Below, piece by piece: positions 47,756 through 57,898 of a stretch of 64,000 nucleotides of DNA. The DNA comes from an uncultured Pseudomonadales bacterium (lineage in GTDB: Bacteria > Patescibacteriota > Microgenomatia > UBA1400 > PJMF01), in the NCBI GenBank assembly GCA_964637295.1, contig CAZWWE010000001.1, positions 20,327-84,326 on the forward strand, read 5' to 3'. How positions within the stretch are numbered: the stretch's first letter is position 1; each line of letters starts with the position of its first letter. The notes beneath the pieces were generated by a model. It made no database searches. It was not told the origin of the DNA and saw nothing but the letters and a program-made list of their open reading frames with translations. A program made the position numbers and the translations under genes.

Positions 47756-48031
47756 ATGACTAAATCAGATTTAATCAATGTTGTTGCTAAAAAAGCTCAT
47801 CTGACCAAAAAAGCTTCTTTTGAAGCTGTGGAAGCCATGTTTGAAGAAGTGATTAGAAGTTTGAAAAAGGGTGACAAAGTTGTTTTATCTGGCTTTGGCA
47901 CTTTTTATGTAAACAAAGTCAATGATAAACACGTTGAGCCTTTCGGTGATAAAGCTAAGAGACAAGTCGTCAAAGCTCATAAAGTGATTAACTTCCGTGT
48001 TGGCAAACCTTTGAAAAAAGAGATTTGGTAA
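47756..48031 (+). CDS. hup: HU/IHF-family DNA-binding protein
   Basis: MTKSDLINVVAKKAHLTKKASFEAVEAMFEEV...GFGTFYV...F..GK is typical of HU. 91 aa. Confidence 0.8.
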   Translation: MTKSDLINVVAKKAHLTKKASFEAVEAMFEEVIRSLKKGDKVVLSGFGTFYVNKVNDKHVEPFGDKAKRQVVKAHKVINFRVGKPLKKEIW

Positions 48032-48082
48032 GCTTTGCTTTTTATAGCACCTAAGGCTTTGTCACACTAGACTAAAAATTGA

Positions 48083-48111
48083 AAAAACCCGCTTAAAAAA
48101 GCGGGTTTTTT
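48083..48111. terminator. bidirectional intrinsic terminator between hup (+) and rpsI (-)
   Basis: aaaaacccgc-ttaaaaaa-gcgggttttt. Confidence 0.75.
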
Positions 48112-48149
48112 GATTACAAAAAAATAAGTTTTAACGCGAAAAATATATT

Positions 48150-48665
48150 TTAACGCTTTGGAGATTGACGCTTTCTACGAGCTTTGCCACCCATTCCAAT
48201 TTTGCGCGTTTCTTTCATACGATCATCTCTTGAAAGTAAACCAGCTGGTTTCAAAAAAGTACGAAATTCAGGATTAAATTTTGTTAGAGCTCTGGCTACA
48301 CCATTTAAAAGGGCGTCAAGTTGAGCTTCAATTCCAGATCCAGAAATTTTAGCACTCACTGCAAACTTGCCTTTAGTGCCGGTTAGCTCAAAAGGTTTCA
48401 TGTACAAAGTTGCTACGTTTCTGATGTTGGCAAAATATTCAGATACCAAACTATTATTGACCACAAAATCACCTTGACCTTCATAAATACGCACTCTAGC
48501 CGTAGCCACTTTACGACGGCCGATGCCTTCTGTGTATTTGGTTTTAGGAAATTTGAAATTCTTTTCAACTTCAGCAGTTTTTTTATGAATACTAACAGCT
48601 GGTGTAATAATTTTCTTAATTACTTTTTTTGCCTTAGTATTTTTCTTATTCATTCTTATTGCCAT
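48150..48665 (-). CDS. rpsI: 30S ribosomal protein S9 with ~40-aa Lys-rich N-terminal extension
   Basis: C-terminal S9 core ...GGGFTGQAGAIRHGIARAL equivalent (KISGSGIEAQLDALLNGVARAL...KARRKRQSPKR). Confidence 0.8.
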   Translation of the reverse strand: MAIRMNKKNTKAKKVIKKIITPAVSIHKKTAEVEKNFKFPKTKYTEGIGRRKVATARVRIYEGQGDFVVNNSLVSEYFANIRNVATLYMKPFELTGTKGKFAVSAKISGSGIEAQLDALLNGVARALTKFNPEFRTFLKPAGLLSRDDRMKETRKIGMGGKARRKRQSPKR

Positions 48666-48666
48666 A

Positions 48667-49101
48667 TTATTTTGCCTTTTTAATCATTCCTTGATATGGA
48701 TTTTCGCTGCCCAAAACAATTTTTAATCTATTCAAACGCTCACTGCGCAAACGATTTTTAGGCAACATGTTTTTGACTGCGTGTTTAATCAATTTTTCAG
48801 GATTTTTAGCCAACATTTCAGTAAAATTACGTTGTTTGAGACCGCCTGGAAAACCACTGTGCCAAGAATAAATCTTGTTTTGAGCTTTATTTCTAGTCAC
48901 TTCAATTTTACTAGCATTGAGCAGCACTACGTAGTCTCCGCCATCAACATTGGGCGTATAAGTGACTTTATGCTTGCCAATTAATTTCTCCGCAATTTCT
49001 GTGGCCAAGCGACCCAAAACTTTACCGGTCGCATCATACTCGAGCCACTCTCGTTGCACAGTTTCTTTTTTTTGAATAAAAGTCTTTAATTTTTGAAACA
49101 T
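48667..49101 (-). CDS. rplM: 50S ribosomal protein L13
   Basis: WLEYDATGKVLGRLATEIAEKL N-terminus typical of L13. Operon position. Confidence 0.85.
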   Translation of the reverse strand: MFQKLKTFIQKKETVQREWLEYDATGKVLGRLATEIAEKLIGKHKVTYTPNVDGGDYVVLLNASKIEVTRNKAQNKIYSWHSGFPGGLKQRNFTEMLAKNPEKLIKHAVKNMLPKNRLRSERLNRLKIVLGSENPYQGMIKKAK

Positions 49102-49628
49102 TATTTTTTCTCCTCTGATTTTTTGGCTTTGCTAGCAACAACTTTCTTAGCTGGAGCTTTTTTGGCTGAAACCTTCTTAGCTGGAACTTTTTTAGCTGGA
49201 GCCTCGACTTTAGTTTCAATTTTTTGATCAGCAATTTTTTCTTTTTTCAAAGAAGTTAGTTTGAGATCTCCAGTTAACAACGATAGTTTGAAAACAACAG
49301 TGTTATCTCCACGTCTGGGAGCTAGTTTTTCTAAAGCAGTAAAACCAGACTTTTTACCACCAAAGCTCGGAGCAATTTTGTCCACCAAAGTATTGACTAC
49401 ATCTCTTCTGCCAAAAAACTTGTGCAATTCACGACGGGCAGCTAAAGTATTTTGTGAAGCTAGCGCAATTAATTTATCTGCCAATCTTCTCACTTCTTTT
49501 GTTCTAGTTTCGCTAGTTTTAATTTCTCCATGCTTAAATAAATCGCGCAAAAGATTTTTCAACAAAGCCTTACGACTTGAATTATCTCGATTGAAATGTT
49601 TAGCTTTTACTCTGTGTTTCATAATCAA
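49101..49628 (-). CDS. rplQ: 50S ribosomal protein L17 with Lys/Ala-rich (histone H1-like) C-terminal tail
   Basis: L17 core (MKHRVKAKHFNRDNSSRKALLKNL...). Tail KVEAPAKKVPAKKVSAKKAPAKKVVASKAKK. Confidence 0.8.
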   Translation of the reverse strand: MIMKHRVKAKHFNRDNSSRKALLKNLLRDLFKHGEIKTSETRTKEVRRLADKLIALASQNTLAARRELHKFFGRRDVVNTLVDKIAPSFGGKKSGFTALEKLAPRRGDNTVVFKLSLLTGDLKLTSLKKEKIADQKIETKVEAPAKKVPAKKVSAKKAPAKKVVASKAKKSEEKK

Positions 49629-49639
49629 CTTTCAAAAAA

Positions 49640-50611
49640 TTAATCGGTAAGAACAACTCCTTTTTTGCTTAAAGCCTCTTCAATTAAATCAATACTTTTA
49701 CCGCCCAAGTTCTTAACTCGAGAAATTTCATCTTTAGGTGATCTGGTTAAATCTGCCACCGTTTCAAAACCACCTTTGCGAAGAGCGTTGGCAATTCTAG
49801 TAGGTAAGTCAAGTTCTTCTACTGTGAGTTTCATCGTCTCTACTTCTTCTGGACTCATGCTGATTAATTCTTCCTCAGTTGCCTTGACCACTGGATTTAC
49901 AATTTGATTAAATTGGGCGATTAAAATTTGTGCAGCTTGTTGGATCGCTTCTAAAGGCGAAATAGAACCATTGGTTTCAATATCAAAAACAATTTTATCA
50001 AAATCAGTGCGACGACCAACGCGGGTAGCCTCCACTTTGTAAGAAACTTTAATGACTGGCGAAAATAGAGCGTCAACTGCCATTTGACCAACCGTTTCGG
50101 TTTCAATTTCATTGGCCAATTTATAGCCAACGCCAGATTCCACGATCATTTCAACATTCAAAGCTTTGCCTTTGGCTAAAGTGGCTAGGTGCAAATCTGG
50201 ATTCATAATCTCGAAACCAGCCTCACACTCTACATCAGCAGCACTAACTTCTTTAGGCCCTTTGACATTAAGGCGTAAAATCCCACTTTCCGCCTCATCG
50301 GCTTTGATACGAATTTGTTTAAGATTTAAAATAAATTCCACCACATCTTCAGTCATGCCTTCAAAAGAAGTAAATTGATGAGTAACTCCATCAATACTAA
50401 CCTTAGTGATGGCAACACCAGGCAAAGAAGTTAGTAAAACTCGACGCAAAGCGTTTCCCAAAGTGTGTCCGTAACCACTTTCCAAAGCTTCGATCACGAT
50501 AGTGGATCGATATTGATTACTTTCGACTTCCACTACACTAAAATTGGGGTTCATGACTGCATAATTTTTAATTTTATTTGACATATTTTCCTTTGTTTCA
50601 TCTCTCTCCAA
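49640..50611 (-). CDS. rpoA: DNA-directed RNA polymerase alpha subunit
   Basis: N-terminal domain ...LESGYGHTLGNALRRVLLTSLPG. C-terminal domain. Position between rpsD and rplQ. Confidence 0.85.
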   Translation of the reverse strand: MERDETKENMSNKIKNYAVMNPNFSVVEVESNQYRSTIVIEALESGYGHTLGNALRRVLLTSLPGVAITKVSIDGVTHQFTSFEGMTEDVVEFILNLKQIRIKADEAESGILRLNVKGPKEVSAADVECEAGFEIMNPDLHLATLAKGKALNVEMIVESGVGYKLANEIETETVGQMAVDALFSPVIKVSYKVEATRVGRRTDFDKIVFDIETNGSISPLEAIQQAAQILIAQFNQIVNPVVKATEEELISMSPEEVETMKLTVEELDLPTRIANALRKGGFETVADLTRSPKDEISRVKNLGGKSIDLIEEALSKKGVVLTD

Positions 50612-50643
50612 AGTGGAGAAATCCGTTTCCGTAATTGATAATT

Positions 50644-51249
50644 TTATCTATTGTAATATTCGACGATCAACTGTTCATTGATTTTTTCTGTCACATCTTC
50701 ACGATTAGGTAATTTACTAACGTGGGCAGCTCCATTTTTGGCTTCTAACCAACTGGGCAGCTTCACTTCTTGTTTCATGGCTTCTGCCACTGCCGGAATT
50801 TTAGCAGTTTTGGCTTTCATGGTTAAAACATCACCCACTTTTAGCTGATAAGAAGGAATATTCATCTTCTTACCATTGACGGTAAAATGGTCATGATTGA
50901 CTAATTGACGCGCTGCTGCTCGAGTAGGAGCCCAACCCAAACGATAAACCACATTGTCGATTCTTCTCTCCAAGAAACTCAACATAGCGGTACCAGTTGC
51001 AGCTGGATTTTTACTGGCTTTCTCATAAATAGCGTGCAATTGTTTCTCAAGAATACCATAAATATATTTCAATTTTTGTTTTTCCTTGAGTTGCTCACCA
51101 TAATTAGATAATTTGCGATGTCCTTTAGCTCCATGCTGACCAGGTCGATTAGCTAAACGACGAGCAGTTTTGAGCGCATTGGTCTTGAGACCTAAATCTT
51201 CGCCAATTTGTCTCTGTAGTCTTTGTTTTGGGCCAATATATCTTGCCAT
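50644..51249 (-). CDS. rpsD: 30S ribosomal protein S4
   Basis: MARYIGPKQRL start (I trimmed the upstream ORF extension). S4 domain. Confidence 0.8.
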   Translation of the reverse strand: MARYIGPKQRLQRQIGEDLGLKTNALKTARRLANRPGQHGAKGHRKLSNYGEQLKEKQKLKYIYGILEKQLHAIYEKASKNPAATGTAMLSFLERRIDNVVYRLGWAPTRAAARQLVNHDHFTVNGKKMNIPSYQLKVGDVLTMKAKTAKIPAVAEAMKQEVKLPSWLEAKNGAAHVSKLPNREDVTEKINEQLIVEYYNR

Positions 51250-51250
51250 A

Positions 51251-51646
51251 TTAGTGTCTAGCCTTTCTTGAGCGAGTGCCATTGTGAGGCACTGGAGTCA
51301 GGTCAGCGATCATGGAAACTTTAATACCTTGAGCGCGTAAAACTCTGAGCGCCACATCTCTACCTGGACCTGGACCTTTAATGAAAACATCCATCTTGTT
51401 CATTCCATAATTTTTGGCTTTATTAATGGCATTTTCTAAAGTCACCGTAGCAGCGTAAGGAGTTGATTTACGAGAACCAGAAAAACCAGCTTCACCGGTG
51501 CTAGCCCAACATAAAACCGCGCCTTGTTCATCAGTAATACTTACCAAAGTATTATTAAAAGTAGCACTCACATAAAGTCTACCCGATGGAACCACGCGAG
51601 TGACTTTCTTTTTTTGATTTTTCTTGATTTGTTTAGCCATAGCCAT
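51251..51646 (-). CDS. rpsK: 30S ribosomal protein S11
   Basis: ...GRLYVSATFNNTLVSITDEQGAVLCWASTG...PGPGRDVALRVL. Confidence 0.85.
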   Translation of the reverse strand: MAMAKQIKKNQKKKVTRVVPSGRLYVSATFNNTLVSITDEQGAVLCWASTGEAGFSGSRKSTPYAATVTLENAINKAKNYGMNKMDVFIKGPGPGRDVALRVLRAQGIKVSMIADLTPVPHNGTRSRKARH

Positions 51647-51660
51647 TGTTTAATTAATTA

Positions 51661-52059
51661 TTATTTTTTAGCTTCTTCAACTTTAGCCGCTGCCTCTTTA
51701 CTCAAGGCACCGATTGTTTTCTTTGCACCTCTTTTAGTACGCGCATTGGATTTGGTTCTTTGTCCTCTGACTGGCAAACCAGCGATGTGACGTAAACCAC
51801 GATAAGCATGAATTCTTTTGAGACGAGAAATATTGTCATTGATTTCTCTGCGCAAATCACCTTCAATCATAATTTTATCCAAAGCTGCTTGAATACGATT
51901 GATTTCTTCAGAACTTAATTCATTAGCTCTTTTATCAGGATTGATTTTGGTTTTAGCCACAATTTCATCGGCTATTTTTGGACCCACACCAAAAATATAA
52001 CGCAGTGCGTAAGGCACTTTTTTATGATCAGGTAAATCTTGTCCAGCAATACGTGGCAT
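51661..52059 (-). CDS. rpsM: 30S ribosomal protein S13
   Basis: MPRIAGQDLPDHKKVPYALRYIFGVG. I placed the start at the internal Met, not the ORF-tool start at 52107. Confidence 0.8.
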   Translation of the reverse strand: MPRIAGQDLPDHKKVPYALRYIFGVGPKIADEIVAKTKINPDKRANELSSEEINRIQAALDKIMIEGDLRREINDNISRLKRIHAYRGLRHIAGLPVRGQRTKSNARTKRGAKKTIGALSKEAAAKVEEAKK

Positions 52060-52063
52060 ATTT

Positions 52064-52177
52064 TTATCCTTGTCGTTGTTTGTGCTTAGGATTACTACAA
52101 ATAACAAAAAGCACTCCTTTGCGCTTCACGAACTTGCAATTAATGCACATTTTCTTTAATGATGCTTTAACTTTCAT
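52064..52177 (-). CDS. rpmJ: 50S ribosomal protein L36
   Basis: Hand translation of the minus strand gives [37 protein letters not shown] (37 aa). It was missing from the ORF track because it is under 60 aa. Confidence 0.75.
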   Translation of the reverse strand: MKVKASLKKMCINCKFVKRKGVLFVICSNPKHKQRQG

Positions 52178-52269
52178 AATAATAACAATAGGCTTTGCAA
52201 TATACCTCATAAAAGTGACTTTTTGAAGAGGCAATTGCAAGCCAATTAAGTTCTGCTTTATCGCTTAAT

Positions 52270-52593
52270 TTATATTTTTTCTTTGCTACTTCGATAAGTA
52301 ACTTTACACTTAGTCAAATCATATTTGGAGACATAGCCTTTGACATAATCTCCAGGCATGACTCTAATACGATATAAACGCATCTTACCAGCCAAAGTGC
52401 CCAGTAGCATTCGGTCTACCATTTGTGCAACAGTCGACTCAAGCACTTTGATGCGAAACATGGTGTTTGGTAAACAGTCCACTACTTCGCCCACTATTTC
52501 AAAACGATCAGTCTGGCTATCGGCGCTATGAAGCGTAAAATCAACTTGTCTTTTGACTTTTGAGCTTCTCTTGTGATCCTGTACTTTTCCCAT
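52270..52593 (-). CDS. infA: translation initiation factor IF-1 with ~30-aa N-terminal extension
   Basis: S1-like core ...FEIVGEVVDCLPNTMFRIKV...GKMRLYRIRVMPGDYVKGYVSKYDLTKCKVTYRS. 107 aa, versus about 72 aa typical. Confidence 0.75.
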   Translation of the reverse strand: MGKVQDHKRSSKVKRQVDFTLHSADSQTDRFEIVGEVVDCLPNTMFRIKVLESTVAQMVDRMLLGTLAGKMRLYRIRVMPGDYVKGYVSKYDLTKCKVTYRSSKEKI

Positions 52594-52664
52594 AGATTTA
52601 TTTTTTCAAAGTAACCGAAGTATTATACCAGATTTGAAAAAAAAATCACAATGGCTTCAAGAAA

Positions 52665-53228
52665 TTACTCTTTTTTAGCGCTAATTTTTTCAACTTTTTC
52701 GACAATTTGTGCGAAAACTTCTTCAACTGATTTCTCTCCATCTACTACGGCCAAATGTTTACGTTCGGCATAATAATCTAAAACTTTGGAGGTTTTTTCA
52801 TGAAATAAATCAATTCTTTTGCGGATCGCCTGGAGAGTTTCATCTTCACGATCACTCACTCTGCCAGAAATTCTCCATAGAGCTTCTTTATCTGATACAT
52901 CAAGTAAAATAGTAATTTCTTCACCTTTGGTGAATTGCTGGAAAGCTTCTGCTTGTGGAACGGTGCGTGGAAAACCATCTAGAATAAAACCGTTTTTATA
53001 TTCACTCTTTTGCAAATACTCCATTACTATATCGACAGTTTTGTCGTCAGGAATTAAATAACCAGCATTGAGAGTTTCTTTGAGGAAACGTCCAAGAGCT
53101 GTTTTTTCTTTGGCCATTTCTCTAAACACGTGACCAGAAGATAAATAAGGCACTTGATATTTCTCTGAAAGCAAATTTCCTTGAGTCGATTTACCGGCAC
53201 CTTGAATACCTACTAAAACTAATTGCAT
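52665..53228 (-). CDS. adk: adenylate kinase (short LID type)
   Basis: P-loop GIQGAGKSTQ. ...GFILDGFPRTVPQAEAF. 187 aa without a zinc-finger LID. Confidence 0.85.
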   Translation of the reverse strand: MQLVLVGIQGAGKSTQGNLLSEKYQVPYLSSGHVFREMAKEKTALGRFLKETLNAGYLIPDDKTVDIVMEYLQKSEYKNGFILDGFPRTVPQAEAFQQFTKGEEITILLDVSDKEALWRISGRVSDREDETLQAIRKRIDLFHEKTSKVLDYYAERKHLAVVDGEKSVEEVFAQIVEKVEKISAKKE

Positions 53229-53257
53229 ATTAGTGACTCCTTTGTGGACTTAATATT

Positions 53258-54544
53258 TTAGGAATATTTCTCATAATTTTCACTTAATAATTGCGCATTA
53301 ATTTGCTTCGCAGTTTCCAAAATTACAGACACTACGATCAAAACACTGGTACCACCAATCGCCAAAGATTGAATATTGGTTAGAATCTGAGCCAAGTTTG
53401 GTAAGATCGCAATGGTCGCCAAAAAAAGTGCTCCAGCAAAAGTAATTCTGGTCACTACAAATTCGAGAAATTTCTTGGTAGGATTGCCTGGTCTAATACC
53501 AGGAATAAAAGCGCCGCTTTTCTTAAGCTCTGAAGCAATGTCGCCTGCATTAAAGAAAATAATCGCAGAAAAAAAGCTAAAAACAAAGACCAAACAAAAA
53601 TAACTAAGCAAATAAGCAGGTGAACTTTGGCTCAGGTGCACTGTGATCCATTCACCAATATTGACCAAAGTGGAATTCTTGGCCAAAACCAATAGTCTGC
53701 CAGCAAAAGCAGGTAACATCATTAGCGAAACTGCAAAAATTATTGGCATTACTCCGGCAACATTAACTTTGATTGGTAAATGAGTTTGCTGGCCACCATA
53801 TTGTTTACCTCCTCTAATTCTCTTGGCGTATTGAATTGGCACCTTGCGCACCGCCTCATTCATGAAAACCACTGTCCAAATGACGGCCACCAATAAAAAA
53901 AGTGTCACTGCTAAGGAAACTAAATCAATCGTATCGATTAAAGTAAAAAATGAAGCCAAACTAGAGGGAATTTGGCTCACAATACCTGCTAGCAAAATCA
54001 TGGAAATACCATTACCAATGCCTTTTTCATTAATGACTTCACCAAGCCACATCATCACCATGGCTCCAGCCACCAAAGTAGCAACTACTACAATCATGTT
54101 GGCTAAATTGGCTTGCACCAAAAGATTTTGTGAATTGAGTAAAGCAATCACTGAAATGGCTTGCACTACGGCAATTGGCACAGCCGCCAGACGCATATAT
54201 TGATTGAGCTGAGCGCGAGACGCTTCGCCTTCTTTTTGCATCTCTTTGATTTTGGGAATCACCATGCCTAAAAGCTGCATAATGATCGAGGCAGTGATAT
54301 AGGGATTGATCCCCACTGCAACAATCGAAAAATTAGCCAAAGTGCCACCAGAAAAAATATTCAAAAAATTTAAAAATTGACTGGAAGCAAATAGAAATTT
54401 AAGTTGAGAAATATCTACCACTGGCACTGGCACGTGAGCTAAAACTCTGGTAAGAGCAAAAATAGCTAGAGTAAATAAGAGCTTGTTTTTAAGCTGCGGA
54501 TTGGCAAGAATCGCTTGAATTTTATTTAAAAATTTTTCCATCAA
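53258..54544 (-). CDS. secY: preprotein translocase subunit SecY
   Basis: 10-TM SecY layout. Position after rplO. Confidence 0.85.
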   Translation of the reverse strand: MMEKFLNKIQAILANPQLKNKLLFTLAIFALTRVLAHVPVPVVDISQLKFLFASSQFLNFLNIFSGGTLANFSIVAVGINPYITASIIMQLLGMVIPKIKEMQKEGEASRAQLNQYMRLAAVPIAVVQAISVIALLNSQNLLVQANLANMIVVVATLVAGAMVMMWLGEVINEKGIGNGISMILLAGIVSQIPSSLASFFTLIDTIDLVSLAVTLFLLVAVIWTVVFMNEAVRKVPIQYAKRIRGGKQYGGQQTHLPIKVNVAGVMPIIFAVSLMMLPAFAGRLLVLAKNSTLVNIGEWITVHLSQSSPAYLLSYFCLVFVFSFFSAIIFFNAGDIASELKKSGAFIPGIRPGNPTKKFLEFVVTRITFAGALFLATIAILPNLAQILTNIQSLAIGGTSVLIVVSVILETAKQINAQLLSENYEKYS

Positions 54545-54599
54545 TACTACGATGAGCTTTGTATTTTAAAACAAAAACTAGTACAAAAGCAAGTACTTT

Positions 54600-55046
54600 T
54601 TAAGACTCAATTGTGCCACCCAAATCTTCAATCGCTTTTTTAGCAGCGGCGGAAACAGCAATTCCTTTTAAATTAATTTTTTTGTTTAATTTGCCTTTGC
54701 TGATGACCTTAACTTTTTTGAAACGTGAATCAATAAGGCGATTTAATTTTAAAGAATCTACTGTCAAATCGGTTAATTCAATTTTATTTAAATCATCGAA
54801 AGTTAATTCGGCGCAAGCGCTTAAACTCTTGAAACGGCCTTTACCTCGCCACATTGGAATTCTTTTAGAAAGTGGTAACGCACCACCCTCGAACCACAAT
54901 GGCACTTTAGAACCAACGCGAGATTTTTGACCCTTCTGACCTCTAGAGGAAGTGTGTCCACCTTTACCAGAACCATAACCGCGACCCAAGCGTTTTTTGC
55001 TTCTAGTAGTAATTTTGGTCAGTGAACTTAATATTGACATGATCAA
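54600..55046 (-). CDS. rplO: 50S ribosomal protein L15
   Basis: ...KKRLGRGYGSGKGGHTSSRGQKGQKSR... Confidence 0.85.
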   Translation of the reverse strand: MIMSILSSLTKITTRSKKRLGRGYGSGKGGHTSSRGQKGQKSRVGSKVPLWFEGGALPLSKRIPMWRGKGRFKSLSACAELTFDDLNKIELTDLTVDSLKLNRLIDSRFKKVKVISKGKLNKKINLKGIAVSAAAKKAIEDLGGTIES

Positions 55047-55049
55047 TCC

Positions 55050-55679
55050 TTATTTAGCAGCAGCTTTTTTAACCGCTGGTTTTTTAACAACAACTTTTTT
55101 AGCTGTTACTTCATTTTTAGCAGCTGTTTCTTTGGCCTGTTTTTGCAATTCTTCCATCTTCTTACGTTCTTCTTCTTCAATATCTGAAATCGAACGTAAT
55201 TTAATCCCTTTAATCTCCACAATTTTAGAAATTTGCTTCAGGGCTTCAAAAGTTGCGTATACGCTGGAAGCCTGATTATCACTGCCCATGATTTTGCAGG
55301 TGATATCTCTAACTCCAGCTGCTTCAACTACGGCTCGAACTGGACCACCAGCAATCACCCCAGTCCCTTTACTTGATGGTTTTAGCATCACTCTTCCAGC
55401 ACCTTTCTTGACGGTAATGGCAAAAGGAATAGTGGTGCCATCAAGAGGAATATTAATTAATTTTTTCTTGGCTTTTTTAACAGATTTTTTAATAGCAGCT
55501 AAAACATCACCAGCTTTGCCCAAGCCCACACCAACCCTGCCTTTTTTATCACCCACCACCATCAACACGGAAAAACCAACTTTATTACCACCTTTGGTTT
55601 TTTTAGATACTCTAGAAATTTGAATAACTTTCTCTTCAAATTCCTTAACTTCTGGTTTACCGAAATTATCTCTGGACAT
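55050..55679 (-). CDS. rpsE: 30S ribosomal protein S5 with Lys/Ala-rich C-terminal tail
   Basis: S5 dsRBD plus C-domain. Tail ...AAKNEVTAKKVVVKKPAVKKAAAK. Its stop directly abuts the rplO start, so there is no rpmD. Confidence 0.85.
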   Translation of the reverse strand: MSRDNFGKPEVKEFEEKVIQISRVSKKTKGGNKVGFSVLMVVGDKKGRVGVGLGKAGDVLAAIKKSVKKAKKKLINIPLDGTTIPFAITVKKGAGRVMLKPSSKGTGVIAGGPVRAVVEAAGVRDITCKIMGSDNQASSVYATFEALKQISKIVEIKGIKLRSISDIEEEERKKMEELQKQAKETAAKNEVTAKKVVVKKPAVKKAAAK

Positions 55680-55681
55680 AT

Positions 55682-56041
55682 TTATAATTTGATTCCACCT
55701 TCACGAAGAGTTTCAGCCACGGCTTTGACTCTACCATGATATTTATAATAAGAACGATCAAAAACCAAACTTGAAATCTTAGCTTTTTTAAGAGCAGCCA
55801 ATAAAACTTGACTGGTTGCCACAGCGCTGGCGGTTTTAGTAACTTTGTCTTTAGCATGCTTACTTAAATCGCTAGCACTAGCCAAAGTTTTGCCTGCTTG
55901 ATCATCAATCACTTGCAAGGAAATGTGTTGATTGGAACGAAAAACAGTCAATCGAGGACGTAAACTAGTGCCTACAATTTTGGCTCTAATACGTTTTTGA
56001 CGCTTAATTCTTTGTTTGTTTAATAATTTAATCTCTGACAT
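55682..56041 (-). CDS. rplR: 50S ribosomal protein L18
   Basis: ...RIRAKI.GT..RPRLTVFRSNQHISLQVIDD... Confidence 0.85.
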   Translation of the reverse strand: MSEIKLLNKQRIKRQKRIRAKIVGTSLRPRLTVFRSNQHISLQVIDDQAGKTLASASDLSKHAKDKVTKTASAVATSQVLLAALKKAKISSLVFDRSYYKYHGRVKAVAETLREGGIKL

Positions 56042-56057
56042 GTTCTAGTTCCTCTGA

Positions 56058-56597
56058 TTATTTAGCAGCAGCTTTGCCTGGTTTCTTTTTGACAACTTCA
56101 TCGCTATAGCGAATACCTTTGCCTAAATAAGGTTCTGGTGGCTTAAGACCTCTAATGTTGGCTGCCACTTGGCCAACTAATTGTTTATCAATTCCTTCGA
56201 CATGAATGGTGTCATTACCTTCGACTTTGAAAGTCACTCCAGCAATGGCAGCCACATCAACTACGTGAGAAAAACCAAGCGTCATTGATAAGCCTGCACC
56301 TTTGGCGGTAACTCTATAACCTGTACCCACAAGTTTCAAAGTTTTGCGATAAGCATTGGCTACACCCTCAATATTGTTGGCCAATAAACTTCTCATTAAA
56401 CCATGATTAGCTCTGGTTTGCTGTTCATTGTTGGTACGAGAAAGAGCAATGCTATTATTTTCAATCTTAAGCAAAATATTGGGCATCATCGCCAATTTCA
56501 ATTCACCTTTTGGTCCCTTAGCGATAATTTGATCATCCGTGATCGTAACAGTCACTTGACTTGGAATGCTGATGATTTTTTTACCAATTTTTGACAT
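56058..56597 (-). CDS. rplF: 50S ribosomal protein L6
   Basis: MSKIGKKIISIPSQVTVTI... two-domain L6. Confidence 0.85.
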   Translation of the reverse strand: MSKIGKKIISIPSQVTVTITDDQIIAKGPKGELKLAMMPNILLKIENNSIALSRTNNEQQTRANHGLMRSLLANNIEGVANAYRKTLKLVGTGYRVTAKGAGLSMTLGFSHVVDVAAIAGVTFKVEGNDTIHVEGIDKQLVGQVAANIRGLKPPEPYLGKGIRYSDEVVKKKPGKAAAK

Positions 56598-56612
56598 ATT
56601 TTTTTAAAAACT

Positions 56613-57002
56613 TTACCAGATTTGGCAAAGCACCTCTCCACCAACCTTATTTTTGCGTGCACTTTTACCATCCATAATTCCCTGATTAGTAGATAAAATC
56701 GTTAAACCATAACCATTGAGGGTGTTAGGAATTGCACTAGCATTTCTATAAACACGACAACCAGGTTTTGAAATTCTTTTGACACCACTAATTACTGGTG
56801 ATTTGGCAAAATATTTAAGCGTAATTTTAATTTGTTTAAAAGCTGTCGTCTCTATAACTGCACAGTCTTCAATGTAATTAAATTCTTTCAAAATTCTTGC
56901 AATAGCAAATTTCACTTTAGAATGAGGCACTAGCAATTCTTTGCGTCCTGCCATCACGCTGTTCTTTATTCTGATAATCATGTCTGCAATAGGATCGGTC
57001 AT
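56613..57002 (-). CDS. rpsH: 30S ribosomal protein S8
   Basis: MTDPIADMIIRIKNSVMAGRK. Confidence 0.85.
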   Translation of the reverse strand: MTDPIADMIIRIKNSVMAGRKELLVPHSKVKFAIARILKEFNYIEDCAVIETTAFKQIKITLKYFAKSPVISGVKRISKPGCRVYRNASAIPNTLNGYGLTILSTNQGIMDGKSARKNKVGGEVLCQIW

Positions 57003-57013
57003 ATTTTTTATTT

Positions 57014-57244
57014 TTATTTACTGGTTTTTACTACGCCTGGCAGTTCACCTCGAACTGCTAATTCTCTGAAGGTCAAACGACTTAAACCAAAAAATCTCAT
57101 GTAACCTTTTGGGCGACCCGTAATTTTACAACGATTTACGCCTCTAGTCGAGACTCGATTTACTTTTTTCACTCCTGCTTTAAACAAAATTTCTTGTTTA
57201 GCTAGAATTTTTTTAGATTTAGCGATTTTTGATTTTTTAGCCAT
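57014..57244 (-). CDS. rpsN: 30S ribosomal protein S14, short form with a single Cys (non-zinc)
   Basis: [13 protein letters not shown]...[39 protein letters not shown]. The ORF-tool start at 57403 overlaps rplE, so I trimmed to the internal Met. Confidence 0.7.
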   Translation of the reverse strand: MAKKSKIAKSKKILAKQEILFKAGVKKVNRVSTRGVNRCKITGRPKGYMRFFGLSRLTFRELAVRGELPGVVKTSK

Positions 57245-57323
57245 ACAGCTCGCGTTTTGATTTTTCTCCTCAGTTATCTCTTGAGCGAAGATATTCGCTG
57301 CGGTGATTTCATGCCTCGAAAAA

Positions 57324-57896
57324 TTAAAATGCTCCTTTCTCAGTTTCCTCTTTTTTAAATGGCATTCCCAATAACTCCAACAAACGAAATGCTTCTTGAT
57401 CATTTTTGTTACTAGTTACGATGTTGATTTGCAAAGGTCGAATGTGATCGATTTGATCAAATTCTATTTCAGGGAAAGAAATTTGTTCTTCGATGCCTAA
57501 ACTATAGTTGCCTTGACCATCAAAGGCGGTTCTGCTGACTCCGCGAAAATCTTTGACCCGAGGCAAAACGATCGAAATTAGTCTGTCCAAAAACTCCCAC
57601 ATCAAAGTGCCACGTAAAGTAACCATCACTCCCATCGGGTCGCCAGCTCTTAACTTAAAATTTGAAACAGCTTTACGAGCCTTTGTCACTTGAGGATGTT
57701 GACCAGTAATCGCTTCAAATTGTTTAACGATTAGAGGCATCACTTTTTCTCGAGCATGAGGATCTTGCGGCTCAGCTACACCCATATTAAGCACGATTTT
57801 TTCAATTTTGCTAGCTTGCTGAGCATTTTGGTAAGCAAATTCCTTCATTAAGGTTTTAAGCACTTCTTGCTGGTATTTTTCTTTCAAACGATTCAT
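57324..57896 (-). CDS. rplE: 50S ribosomal protein L5
   Basis: [12 protein letters not shown]... L5 fold. Operon position. Confidence 0.85.
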   Translation of the reverse strand: MNRLKEKYQQEVLKTLMKEFAYQNAQQASKIEKIVLNMGVAEPQDPHAREKVMPLIVKQFEAITGQHPQVTKARKAVSNFKLRAGDPMGVMVTLRGTLMWEFLDRLISIVLPRVKDFRGVSRTAFDGQGNYSLGIEEQISFPEIEFDQIDHIRPLQINIVTSNKNDQEAFRLLELLGMPFKKEETEKGAF

Positions 57897-57898
57897 AT

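Noticed and set aside
53412-56594. Plus-strand ORFs of 60-120 aa (53412-53603, 53844-54203, 54613-54930, 54997-55275, 55288-55623, 56403-56594) inside secY and the r-protein genes.
   Set aside because: They are antisense to strongly supported, conserved genes. They have low-complexity translations and are typical shadow ORFs.
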